Position numbers and translations under genes: made by a program. A stretch of DNA of 63,079 nt from Candidatus Thorarchaeota archaeon (GTDB lineage: Archaea; Asgardarchaeota; Thorarchaeia; Thorarchaeales; Thorarchaeaceae): NCBI GenBank assembly GCA_003662765.1, contig QMYR01000001.1, positions 1-63,079 on the forward strand, in the 5' to 3' direction. Below are positions 1 to 8,218 of this stretch, one piece after another. The notes under the pieces were generated by a model, which had not been told where the DNA came from, did no database searches, and saw only the letters and a program-made list of their open reading frames with translations. Position 1 is the first letter of the stretch; each line of letters starts with the position of its first letter.

Positions 1-409
1 AGGTCGTGAATACTACTTGCCGTTTCATGTCGCCGGGCACTATTGACATCAGCTTTTCAGCCAAGAGCGTCTGTGGAATAGCATCAAAGTCCATTCCCGG
101 GAGCTCGTGAATCACGTCTAACACTCGTGCTTCGAAGTCCAGATATGGACGATACCTCAGTCCGAAGGCACGCACTGCGACTCCGCCGGTCATGTCCAGG
201 TATTCTGTGCCCTCAACATCGTAGAGCCTCAGGCCTTCTCCCCTTGTGTGGTCGAGGCAGCCATAGACTTCCCGATCTTGGGTTGTCAGAGCGAGCGCCT
301 CTGCACCGCGCTTCTTCCAGTATTCATTAGTCATGGTTTCGGGTGTAACATCGTCAAACCCGAGCTCTCGAAATATCTCGTAGTCCCTTTCGTCCATGGC
401 GATAACCAT
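1..409 (-). CDS. class-III (PLP) aminotransferase, N-terminal fragment; gene continues beyond the left edge
   Basis: Absent from the ORF track because no stop lies in the window. Minus-strand translation from ATG at 409 gives MVIAMDERDYEIFRELGFDD...GLRLYDVEGTEYLDMTGGVAVRAFGLRYRPYL...LAEKLMSIVPGDMKRQVVFTT. The L-x-D-x-x-G-x-E-Y-L-D-x-x-G-G-x-A-V stretch is the usual N-terminal signature of acetylornithine/GABA-type aminotransferases. Confidence 0.55.
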   Translation of the reverse strand, partial: MVIAMDERDYEIFRELGFDDVTPETMTNEYWKKRGAEALALTTQDREVYGCLDHTRGEGLRLYDVEGTEYLDMTGGVAVRAFGLRYRPYLDFEARVLDVIHELPGMDFDAIPQTLLAEKLMSIVPGDMKRQVVFTT

Positions 410-508
410 CCCCTAGTCTGCGGCCCGCCAGCCATCGACGCCCCATTATCTAATTTCCGATGTAGGCCGCAATGTCAGTGGGACTCACAGTACCAGGGGA
501 GTGTTGAA

Positions 509-877
509 CTACGCCTTTAGAATCAGAAGACCGGCAACGATGAACATTAGACCAGCCAACATCCCAATGTTCATGAGCCAAGTGAGAATGTTGAAACTCA
601 GACCTCTCCCAACAATAATCACAGCGACCAGCCCAAATATCGCCAGCAGAACACCCGATCGCTGCACCTTCCAGTAGATGAAGCCGCATGCGTCAATTGC
701 CAAGAGCGCCATCAGTAGCAACGCGATACCCAAGACAACGTTGATGACTGATTCGAAGTCCCCGCCCAGCGCGCCATTGGCACCGGGGATAATCATCTGA
801 AAGATTGCAAACACCACGAGAATGATTGCACCCAAGACAGTGTATCCCTGTGCTGCACCTTCTGCCTTGCATCCCAT
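509..877 (-). CDS. small integral membrane protein (about 4 TM helices), function unknown
   Basis: 122-aa ORF with four long hydrophobic segments (LGAIILVVFAIFQMII, VLGIALLLMALLAI, VLLAIFGLVAVIIV, MLAGLMFIVAGLLIL). Confidence 0.5.
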   Translation of the reverse strand: MGCKAEGAAQGYTVLGAIILVVFAIFQMIIPGANGALGGDFESVINVVLGIALLLMALLAIDACGFIYWKVQRSGVLLAIFGLVAVIIVGRGLSFNILTWLMNIGMLAGLMFIVAGLLILKA

Positions 878-1000
878 TGTTTTTCAATCCTAGTCGGACG
901 ACGGCTCCGTTTCCATGGTGGCCCGACCGGGACCTCTACATCTTCGGCCGGACTTATAGTTTGTGACGAGCCGCAGAGAATACAGAGGTAATACACGGAA

Positions 1001-1939
1001 TTGTATTCGCGAGCCGGAAGAGTTCATCGAAGCGCTCCCCATGAGGTGGCAGCCACGAGGTATGAGGCATACGACCGTAGAGAGGTCGAGAGACCGGTCA
1101 GGCTTGACAAGACAGAGGGAGTTGTCGTCATTGAGGGACGTGCCTATCCCGCCAGAGAGATTGTGGAGGCACTTGCGCAGAGCGGCTACGCGCAGGTGCG
1201 GGCGGTCGGCGATGCTCTCGTCTTGGGTCGCAAGAAGATCACTCCCATTTTCAAGTCGCCGCAGGAGAGAGCGTTGGCATCCCTCTGCCATGGAAGCCTC
1301 GCCTATTGCTGCCCACTCTCAAAGAGGTGTGCTGAACGAGATAGAGCGCTGGAGGTATTGGGCCTCACGCCAGATGACTATGAGCGGTTGAAGCAGAGGG
1401 AACACCTTCAATTCCTCGATGCAGCAAAGGGAGCACCTCCGTTGGACGATCTGTGGGCCTACGGAGAACCCTCTCGACGTACTGTGAATCGCCCGGCCGT
1501 CGATGTCGGGTTCGGTTCCGATGATTACCGAACGGATTTCGATAGGCTAGAACAGGCACTTGGGTCAAGGTCATCACGACCACCTTCGCCTGAACAGACC
1601 ACATGGTCAAGCACCCCTGGTTCGCCATTCGGAGGCAGGTCGGAGCTGTCAGACGCGGATCAGATGAGGAGATCATCTCAACCCCCGCTCGCTTCGTCCA
1701 CATCTCGCGCATCGGTACACCACAAGACCGAAAAGACCACAGCAGGCACTGCAGTAGGGGCATGCAGCCTGAATTCGGATGATAGCATTGAGGGAATAGG
1801 GGCATTGTTCAGACAGGGCGAATTGAGCCCCTTCAGCGACGACTCTAGACAGGGAAGCCGTCGCGGGTTCTGTTTCTCATGTGGGCGTACAATCGAGATT
1901 GGCACGACTAGGTGCCCCTACTGCGGTGCGCTCCAGTAG
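1001..1939 (+). CDS. hypothetical protein with C-terminal zinc ribbon
   Basis: 312-aa ORF. N-terminal globular part with Cys cluster CHGSLAYCCPLSKRC, then a Ser/Pro-rich low-complexity linker, then a C-terminal CxxC-x10-CxxC (CFSCGRTIEIGTTRCPYCG). Start codon uncertain. Confidence 0.45.
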   Translation: MYSRAGRVHRSAPHEVAATRYEAYDRREVERPVRLDKTEGVVVIEGRAYPAREIVEALAQSGYAQVRAVGDALVLGRKKITPIFKSPQERALASLCHGSLAYCCPLSKRCAERDRALEVLGLTPDDYERLKQREHLQFLDAAKGAPPLDDLWAYGEPSRRTVNRPAVDVGFGSDDYRTDFDRLEQALGSRSSRPPSPEQTTWSSTPGSPFGGRSELSDADQMRRSSQPPLASSTSRASVHHKTEKTTAGTAVGACSLNSDDSIEGIGALFRQGELSPFSDDSRQGSRRGFCFSCGRTIEIGTTRCPYCGALQ

Positions 1940-1954
1940 GGCACTGCCGCACAC

Positions 1955-3016
1955 TTATACGTCGCCGAGTGCGCTCTCGCGCCGCGCCGCATAGTCCTCT
2001 GGAAATCTGAAACTGACGGCCACACGGTCGATCTCAGCATCTCGTGCGATTGCCCAGACCTCATCAAGCTTTTCCGGTACTGACACGCCCCACCGGTAGA
2101 GTGTCACAGTTCCGCCTCTGCGCTTGAACTCCTTGACGAAATACAGCGCCTCCATAAGGTGGTCATACTCAGGTGTTCCCTTCCGAGGTAGGACTGGTGT
2201 CCACGGATATAGATTGATTATCACACTCTTTGTCACATCGAATATCCTCGATGGGTCGAGGCCGTTCTCGTTCTTTGCGCCCTCCAGTAGGCCCATCTGG
2301 GGATCGATTGGCACCTCAATCGTGAGCCTCAGAGGCTCTGACCGTTCCACCACGTCATCGGCCTCACGAGCCGCTGCCTGAAGCTGAGCAATACCTTGGG
2401 TCACCTTGTCAACTCGCCAGTCATGCCATGTCTGATGGTGATCGGGGTTCTCCACAAGAAACTCATACGAGAGCCGCTCTGGCTCCTGACCCACACGCGG
2501 AGCAAACTCCTGTCGACATCGCTCGCAGAAACAGAACCTATCGCGTATGAATCCCGTTCCGAACACAAGAATCTCGTCGACGGGATAGGATCCAATCTCC
2601 TTCACAATCTCTGCACCGTACTGCCAGAACTCCTCACGATTGGGGCAGATCTGATGCGGCACCGCTTGCCCCTTGGCGCTAATAGTCTGATACTTGGGAT
2701 CCTTCGCGAACCAGCGGTCGGTGTAGAAGTCCATTGCCACGACCGTCTTGACCTTCAGCTTACTTGAGAGGTCAAGCCACTCCTCAAACATCTGCGTGTG
2801 CTCCTGCTCAACAGGAGCCGTCCGGCTCGCATACGTGGCGTACCCACTCGCCCGCTTGCCCACTATCGCGACCTCACGCATATAGGAGCCGTAGACGGAG
2901 ATGAACTCCCTTGCAGATGATCCGATGTCTTCAGGTGTGAGAACCAGAAGCGGATTCTTCATGAAGAACTCTCGAAAGTCAATCTTCATACTGACAACCC
3001 CGTCGTCTTTGGACAA
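1955..3016 (-). CDS. hypothetical cytoplasmic protein, possibly a glycoside-hydrolase-like TIM barrel (tentative)
   Basis: 353-aa ORF with no TM segment or signal peptide. Segments ICPNREEFWQYGAEIVKEI and FCFCERCRQEF resemble GHL/DUF4015-type TIM-barrel families, from memory only. Lies 74 nt downstream of polB on the same strand. Confidence 0.45.
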   Translation of the reverse strand: MSKDDGVVSMKIDFREFFMKNPLLVLTPEDIGSSAREFISVYGSYMREVAIVGKRASGYATYASRTAPVEQEHTQMFEEWLDLSSKLKVKTVVAMDFYTDRWFAKDPKYQTISAKGQAVPHQICPNREEFWQYGAEIVKEIGSYPVDEILVFGTGFIRDRFCFCERCRQEFAPRVGQEPERLSYEFLVENPDHHQTWHDWRVDKVTQGIAQLQAAAREADDVVERSEPLRLTIEVPIDPQMGLLEGAKNENGLDPSRIFDVTKSVIINLYPWTPVLPRKGTPEYDHLMEALYFVKEFKRRGGTVTLYRWGVSVPEKLDEVWAIARDAEIDRVAVSFRFPEDYAARRESALGDV

Positions 3017-3090
3017 AGCACGATTAAGCGTTCAGGAGCCAAGTAGGCCGAACGTATGCTATAAGACTTTCTTGGCGAGACTCTCATGCC

Positions 3091-5940
3091 TCAAAAGAAC
3101 TGGTCTAGTGTCGTGAAACCAAGGAGTTCCTCGAAATCTATTCCAACTGCGTCAAGAGCCTGACCGAAGACCGACCTGAGTGTGTCTACATATTTGTCAA
3201 CATCAATCCAGTAGGCACGATCTCTTGCCAGCTGAACTGGCAGTACGCCAGCCTCATCCTTTGTCTTGATGTACTCTATCAGCATTCCCGGTTGCACATC
3301 ATAACCAGCGTCCTTTAGCATTCTTGCGGCTCGTACGTGTTGAGGCATCGTCGAGCCGTATTTCTCAAGCGGCTTGGTCATCTGCACGCGGAACGCAAGC
3401 TCATCCGGCGTGTAGGGCTCGCCCTTGCCCTCCAGTCGGTCCAGCACGCGGTTGACAATCTCCCGAATCTCCTCCTTTGCACTCTCGAAGCCCTCTGGAG
3501 TGTCCACCTTACTCAGCGCGGATAACATCTCTCTGAATGCCTCTTGAACAAAGTCAGGCGTATTTCGCTTCTTTCCGCTGAGGCCCTTGACCTCGACGTA
3601 TCCCGACGGATATACGCCGATGTAGTTCTTCTTGCGATCCGAGAGAGCCACGTACTTGTACGTCTTCTCAACCTCTAAATCGATGCCCAGTTCCTCGCGT
3701 GACCAACGGATGAGTTCCTCCTGTTGCTCAGGGGTAGGGTTATCGAGAAACAGCGAGTCCGTGTCGCCATAGAGAACTCGGACTCCCATCGACTCCGCTT
3801 TCTCCTTGGTCCTGAGAATGGCGTGACGCCCATACGCTGTGACACTCTCAGCAGCAGGCATGCAGAAGAGCTCAAAGTGCTGTGCCCCAGTCACCCCATA
3901 GGACGCGTTGACGAAGACTTTCAGAGCCTTCTCGACTACAGTATACCAGTCACGCACACGCTCGTCGAGGTTCTTGTCCTTGCTCAGACGCTTGAACCAC
4001 CGCACTCGCGTATCTCTGAAGAAACCAATTGTCTGACTGATCATTCCTCGTCGTATCTTGCACACCCAGTGGTCTGTCTCAGGAACCCTGTTGTCTGTCG
4101 CATTCTTACATTCCTCGTGGGGGCAATCAACCGTTTCGTAACTTATGTTATACTGCTTCATGATGGTGGGATACAGACTCGCAAAGTCCAACACGGACGC
4201 ATTGAAGTGGACGCCCGGAACAGGCTCAATCACTATGGCGCCCTTGAAGCGCTTGTCCTTGATTACGGCCGATGTGTGAGCCTCTGTGCCCTTCGCGGTT
4301 TCGATGTCCACCTGCCGTGGGATCAGTGCCTTTCGAGAACGATGCTCTTGGCGGAACAGAGATTGTATCCACGAAGATATTCCCTGACGTGTGACATCTT
4401 CCATGCTCAGTCGTGAGATTCGCATCAGCAGAATGATGAGGCGCAAGAGTAGGTTGTTCTTGAACGTCGTAATCTGAAGTGTTATGTTGGCATCGAGCCA
4501 GCAATAGTGCGCTAGCTCGTAGAGCGGGAGGTCAGCAATCTCTGTGCTCCGTTCCAGCTTTCCAAAACCGAGCAGACCTTGAGCAATAGACTCAAGATTC
4601 GACTGCTCATACGCACCGGAGAGAGCGTAGAGTCGAATAGAGGGGTTCTTGAGGAACTTGTACAGGTCCACATGAACGCCCTTTTGAAGAAGTGCAATGT
4701 CACGGCCCAGATAGATTGGACATTGCCGTTTCAGATCAATCCCAAGCTTCTGAGCGCGATGATAGAGATAGTTCAGGTCGAAGGCGTCACCGACGAAAGT
4801 GAGAACGATCGGATACTCGTCTATCTTCTTGAAAGCCTCCAGCAGCATCTCTTTCTCATCGTCGCAGAATATCACATCCAGGTCCTTAGGGTAGTTGGGC
4901 CCTCGTTGACCTATGGGGTGACCGTCACGACGAAGAACGAAACATACGTTGTACCCCTTATTGTCAGACAGGCCTATAGCAGTGACCTCGTACGGTGCAG
5001 TTGACGCATCAGGCACACGATTCCTCATCGGTGTGTAGACCTCGATGTCGAGGGCAATCCGTTTGATATCGGGCACCTCTGTGAAGAACATCGGAGCGTA
5101 TGTCGAAACAATCCGTTCCAGCCCCTCCTCCTCATCGAGAGTCTTTACAAACTGGTCGAGAAGTTCTTGGTCCAGTTCCGGCGGACAGGGAATCAGCCTT
5201 CCATCCTCGATTCGATACATCATGCCGGGGACTATCTCCCGGTCGTAGGTGTAGCAGTTCCTGTAACGAATGTTAGCCTCCCACGCGTGGCTGATCTCAA
5301 TCTCTGGGTTTGACGGATCACCGGTCCGGACCCGTTCCACAAGCAAGTCTCTAATCGCCTGATGTGAACCGCCAATAGCCAACGGGTTGTCTGCTATGAC
5401 TTTGGTCATAGTCACCTCTTTGTCCCAGAGGAGATCTCTCAGACGTACACTCTCAGTCCGCACGAAGCCCCTATGTTGCTTGACTTTGTATTCAGCCACC
5501 TGCGGTGGAAGGTCTGTATAGCAGTAAGGCTGGTGGTTAGTGTTGTCATACCAGAAGACCGTTTCCTCGGTATCAGGACGATACAGTCGCACTATCGCCT
5601 TGTTGTGTTGTCCCGAATAATCTACTGAGAGAAGAAATGAGGGAGGGAGGTTCCGGGGCGTTTCACGAGGGGATATCCGGTATTCCACAACGCGCTCCTC
5701 ATCCGGTTCGGGGTGCTGACCCTCATCTTCATTCTCCTCGTCGTTCAAAATCACCACAGTGGAACGTGGGGCGTCCTCTGGCACTAGGTCAGCAGCAGGA
5801 ATCTCGCCAGACGGACCCTCCGGTTCTGGGGGATCTGCATCCGTTGTATGGCCACGCACAGGCTCCTCTTCTGGTTCGGAGCCCCAGAATGCGTCAAGAC
5901 TAGCTTGATTGGGCTCGGCCTTGTCCTTTTTCTTCACCAA
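3091..5940 (-). CDS. polB: family-B DNA polymerase
   Basis: 949 aa. Exo I ALDIEVY, motif A DFASLYPTIM, motif B KVFVNASYGVTG and motif C VLYGDTDSLFL are all readable and contiguous, so no intein. About 100 aa of acidic N-terminal extension. Confidence 0.95.
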   Translation of the reverse strand: MVKKKDKAEPNQASLDAFWGSEPEEEPVRGHTTDADPPEPEGPSGEIPAADLVPEDAPRSTVVILNDEENEDEGQHPEPDEERVVEYRISPRETPRNLPPSFLLSVDYSGQHNKAIVRLYRPDTEETVFWYDNTNHQPYCYTDLPPQVAEYKVKQHRGFVRTESVRLRDLLWDKEVTMTKVIADNPLAIGGSHQAIRDLLVERVRTGDPSNPEIEISHAWEANIRYRNCYTYDREIVPGMMYRIEDGRLIPCPPELDQELLDQFVKTLDEEEGLERIVSTYAPMFFTEVPDIKRIALDIEVYTPMRNRVPDASTAPYEVTAIGLSDNKGYNVCFVLRRDGHPIGQRGPNYPKDLDVIFCDDEKEMLLEAFKKIDEYPIVLTFVGDAFDLNYLYHRAQKLGIDLKRQCPIYLGRDIALLQKGVHVDLYKFLKNPSIRLYALSGAYEQSNLESIAQGLLGFGKLERSTEIADLPLYELAHYCWLDANITLQITTFKNNLLLRLIILLMRISRLSMEDVTRQGISSWIQSLFRQEHRSRKALIPRQVDIETAKGTEAHTSAVIKDKRFKGAIVIEPVPGVHFNASVLDFASLYPTIMKQYNISYETVDCPHEECKNATDNRVPETDHWVCKIRRGMISQTIGFFRDTRVRWFKRLSKDKNLDERVRDWYTVVEKALKVFVNASYGVTGAQHFELFCMPAAESVTAYGRHAILRTKEKAESMGVRVLYGDTDSLFLDNPTPEQQEELIRWSREELGIDLEVEKTYKYVALSDRKKNYIGVYPSGYVEVKGLSGKKRNTPDFVQEAFREMLSALSKVDTPEGFESAKEEIREIVNRVLDRLEGKGEPYTPDELAFRVQMTKPLEKYGSTMPQHVRAARMLKDAGYDVQPGMLIEYIKTKDEAGVLPVQLARDRAYWIDVDKYVDTLRSVFGQALDAVGIDFEELLGFTTLDQFF

Positions 5941-6051
5941 CGCTCCTCAAGCTCTACGTGTTAAGAACTCCTGATAAGCACTTCCTACAACCTGCCACTT
6001 GGCTGGTCACCTACCGCCGAATTGATTAGCCCTTCAGATCAGAATCAGCCC

Positions 6052-6489
6052 ATGCCAACCACAAAGACAACACAGGTGAAGCGAGTCGTACTCGCCCGCA
6101 TGAAACCCGGGGAGGACATAATCGAAACACTCGAGAGAATCGCTACTGACAACGGGATTCAAGGCGGGCAACTGAACCTGATTGGGGCGGTATCAAGGGC
6201 GACACTGGGGTACTTTGACCGTAAGCGTGGAGAGTATAGGACATTTACTATCGAGAAAGACCTTGAGGTGGTTTCCTGCATGGGGAACCTCTCACGGCTG
6301 GCTGATGGAACTGCGGTCGTGCACGCCCACATGGTCGCTTCCGATGAAACCGGCCGATGCTATGGTGGTCACGTAATGAGAGGGTGCGAAGTTTCAGCCA
6401 CCATAGAGGTCATAATAACTGAGTTTGACACGGAACTGCGGCGTGCAAGAGATGAGATGACCGGGCTCAATTTGCTCTCGCTTGAGTAG
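6052..6489 (+). CDS. PPC (DUF296) domain protein
   Basis: ORF 6022-6489. The ATG at 6052 gives MPTTKTTQVKRVVLARMKPGEDIIETLERIA...LIGAVSRATLGYFD...HAHMVASDETGRCYGGHVMRG, the layout of PPC/DUF296 domains. Confidence 0.7.
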   Translation: MPTTKTTQVKRVVLARMKPGEDIIETLERIATDNGIQGGQLNLIGAVSRATLGYFDRKRGEYRTFTIEKDLEVVSCMGNLSRLADGTAVVHAHMVASDETGRCYGGHVMRGCEVSATIEVIITEFDTELRRARDEMTGLNLLSLE

Positions 6490-6504
6490 GCCACAGGTCG
6501 CTGC

Positions 6505-6933
6505 TCATGCTTCGCGGATAAGACCGGCAACCCGGTCGAGCTCCTCCCGCTCGGCCATCTTGTCACGATACCCCTTCGGGAACTGGAACCTGAACTCGTC
6601 ATCATGGTTTCTCGGAATCACGTGGATGTGCAGATGAGGTACCTCTTGGCCTGCACCTGGGCCATTGGCAACCACATTGAGGACGCCATCCGGTTTCATG
6701 GCATTGTTGACCTTTCTTGTCAGTTCTGAGAGCCTCTTGGCAAGATGAGCAACCACGTCGGGATCCACGTCAAGCATGTTTGTATAGTGTTTCTTGGGAA
6801 TGAGAAGGCAGTGTCCCGTCTTCACAGGGAAGATGTCCATGAAGGCCATGCACACATCGTCCTCGAATACAACAGACGCGGGGATCTCACCCCGTACTAT
6901 CTTGCAGAAGATGCAGTCCTCGGAGCCGCTCAT
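6505..6933 (-). CDS. HIT-family nucleotide hydrolase/transferase
   Basis: Histidine triad HLHIHVIPR and N-terminal CIFCKIVRGEIPA. The internal ATG (MSGSEDCIFC) is preferred over the longer ORF-track start at 7008. Confidence 0.9.
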   Translation of the reverse strand: MSGSEDCIFCKIVRGEIPASVVFEDDVCMAFMDIFPVKTGHCLLIPKKHYTNMLDVDPDVVAHLAKRLSELTRKVNNAMKPDGVLNVVANGPGAGQEVPHLHIHVIPRNHDDEFRFQFPKGYRDKMAEREELDRVAGLIREA

Positions 6934-7042
6934 GGTTCGAAGAGTGGCAAAAGTCCGAGATAAAGGGTTCGCACACAGCGACGTAAGTCTCATTAGCAAT
7001 ACCTTCACACAGAGAACACCGTTTATTATCAGGTGGACGCCC

Positions 7043-8218
7043 TTGACCGCGAGGAGATACCGTATCTTTTTCGACCAGACACAGAACGAACGGGGAAGAT
7101 TGGACTCAACATATTCTCATCTTGGCCAGCTGCTCAGAGAGAACGGCTTCGATGTTGAGTCTTACACGGAGTACATGATTCTACCAAGGAGTCTCAAGGA
7201 TGCCGACATAATGGTGTTTGGATGCCCCAACAGCTCGAAGCTCAGGCCTCCTGAGATTGACACACTGAAGCGATATGTCAAGGATGGAGGCGGGCTTATG
7301 CTTCTCTCGCTCTCGGGTGGGGACCGCGGTCTGATGAACAACATGAGCCAATTGTCCAAGGACTTCGGAATAGTCTTCGAGAATACTGCGGTCAAGGACG
7401 AACGGAACAATGCAGGAATGCCTACGATGCCAATAATAAGAGACATCATCCAGCATCCCACGACAGACGGTGTGAACGAGCTGATCATCTCCGCCGCTTG
7501 CACTCTTCGGGTCTCAGACAAGGCTGTTGCTGTCGCTCACACATCAGCGGTCGCAGATCCTGCAAGTCAGCCCGTCATCGCTGTTGCCGAGTACGGCAAG
7601 GGCCGAGTCATTTGTGTGGGCAGCTACGAGATATTTCGGAGTGGCGGCCTCAAGAACGATGGCAATCGCATATTCGCGCTGAACGCCTTCCGCTGGCTGG
7701 TTGGTACTGAAACTCTTGTGAAGCCCAGTGAGGTGACCAGGCCCACTATTTCACGTGGCACCGAACAGACCACTGGAGTTCAAGATCTGCGAATGCTCAC
7801 GGACATAGAGAACACTCTCAAGAGACTGGTCGACACCGTTCTCGATCTCAGTAAGGAGCTGAAGACCATCGCTAACAGAGTCGATGGCGTGGATTCCAAC
7901 ATTGAGAGCCTCAGGGAACAGTTCCAGACCTTCGCCGAGAAGACTCAAAAGCAACTCGGCATGATGATACCCACGAAACAGTTCAGGACAAAAGAGGAGA
8001 GCAGGGCTGAGCAGATCAAGTCGGATATTCTGGCGATTGAGAAAGAGATTGAGTCCGTAAAGCAACTGCGAGAACACATTGAACAGAGGTACGCCTCGGG
8101 CACAATGCCTCAAGAAACCTATGAGGAACAGACGAAGAAACTCGATGATCGTATCAAGAGTCTCGCAAAAAGGCTCAAGAAGAAGAGGAAGGAACTCGAG
8201 GCGTTGACGACCGAGTGA
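7043..8218 (+). CDS. hypothetical protein: alpha/beta domain (GATase1-like/DUF4350-like, tentative) fused to a long coiled coil
   Basis: ORF-track start 6794 overlaps the HIT gene. An in-frame TTG at 7043 precedes RYRIFFDQTQNERG. Segments DADIMVFGCPNS, GGGLMLLSLSGGD and GKGRVICVGSYEIF are followed by about 150 aa of heptad-rich helix (KELKTIANRVDGVDSNIESLREQF...KRLKKKRKELEAL). Start uncertain. Confidence 0.55.
   Translation: MTARRYRIFFDQTQNERGRLDSTYSHLGQLLRENGFDVESYTEYMILPRSLKDADIMVFGCPNSSKLRPPEIDTLKRYVKDGGGLMLLSLSGGDRGLMNNMSQLSKDFGIVFENTAVKDERNNAGMPTMPIIRDIIQHPTTDGVNELIISAACTLRVSDKAVAVAHTSAVADPASQPVIAVAEYGKGRVICVGSYEIFRSGGLKNDGNRIFALNAFRWLVGTETLVKPSEVTRPTISRGTEQTTGVQDLRMLTDIENTLKRLVDTVLDLSKELKTIANRVDGVDSNIESLREQFQTFAEKTQKQLGMMIPTKQFRTKEESRAEQIKSDILAIEKEIESVKQLREHIEQRYASGTMPQETYEEQTKKLDDRIKSLAKRLKKKRKELEALTTE

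Noticed and set aside
890-1391. ORFs 890-1291 (minus) and 963-1391 (plus), which overlap ORF 1001-1939.
   Set aside because: Arg/Ser-rich junk-like translations. The 1001-1939 frame has a structured N-domain and a clean zinc ribbon.
3724-4416. 230-aa plus-strand ORF inside polB. Similar long antisense ORFs occur at 13233-13946, 15088-15735, 19337-20317 and 56287-56922.
   Set aside because: All lie antisense to genes with unambiguous catalytic motifs. Their translations are Arg/Ser/Leu-rich with no motifs. Long antisense ORFs are expected at this GC content.
3091-5940. Possible intein in the 949-aa PolB.
   Set aside because: Exo and Pol motifs are contiguous with normal spacing. The extra length is explained by the N-terminal acidic extension.
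6794-7042. Long N-terminal part of ORF 6794-8218, and the 7008 start of the HIT ORF.
   Set aside because: The two extensions overlap each other on opposite strands. The HIT domain starts at the ATG at 6933, and the plus-strand product's conserved part starts near 7043.
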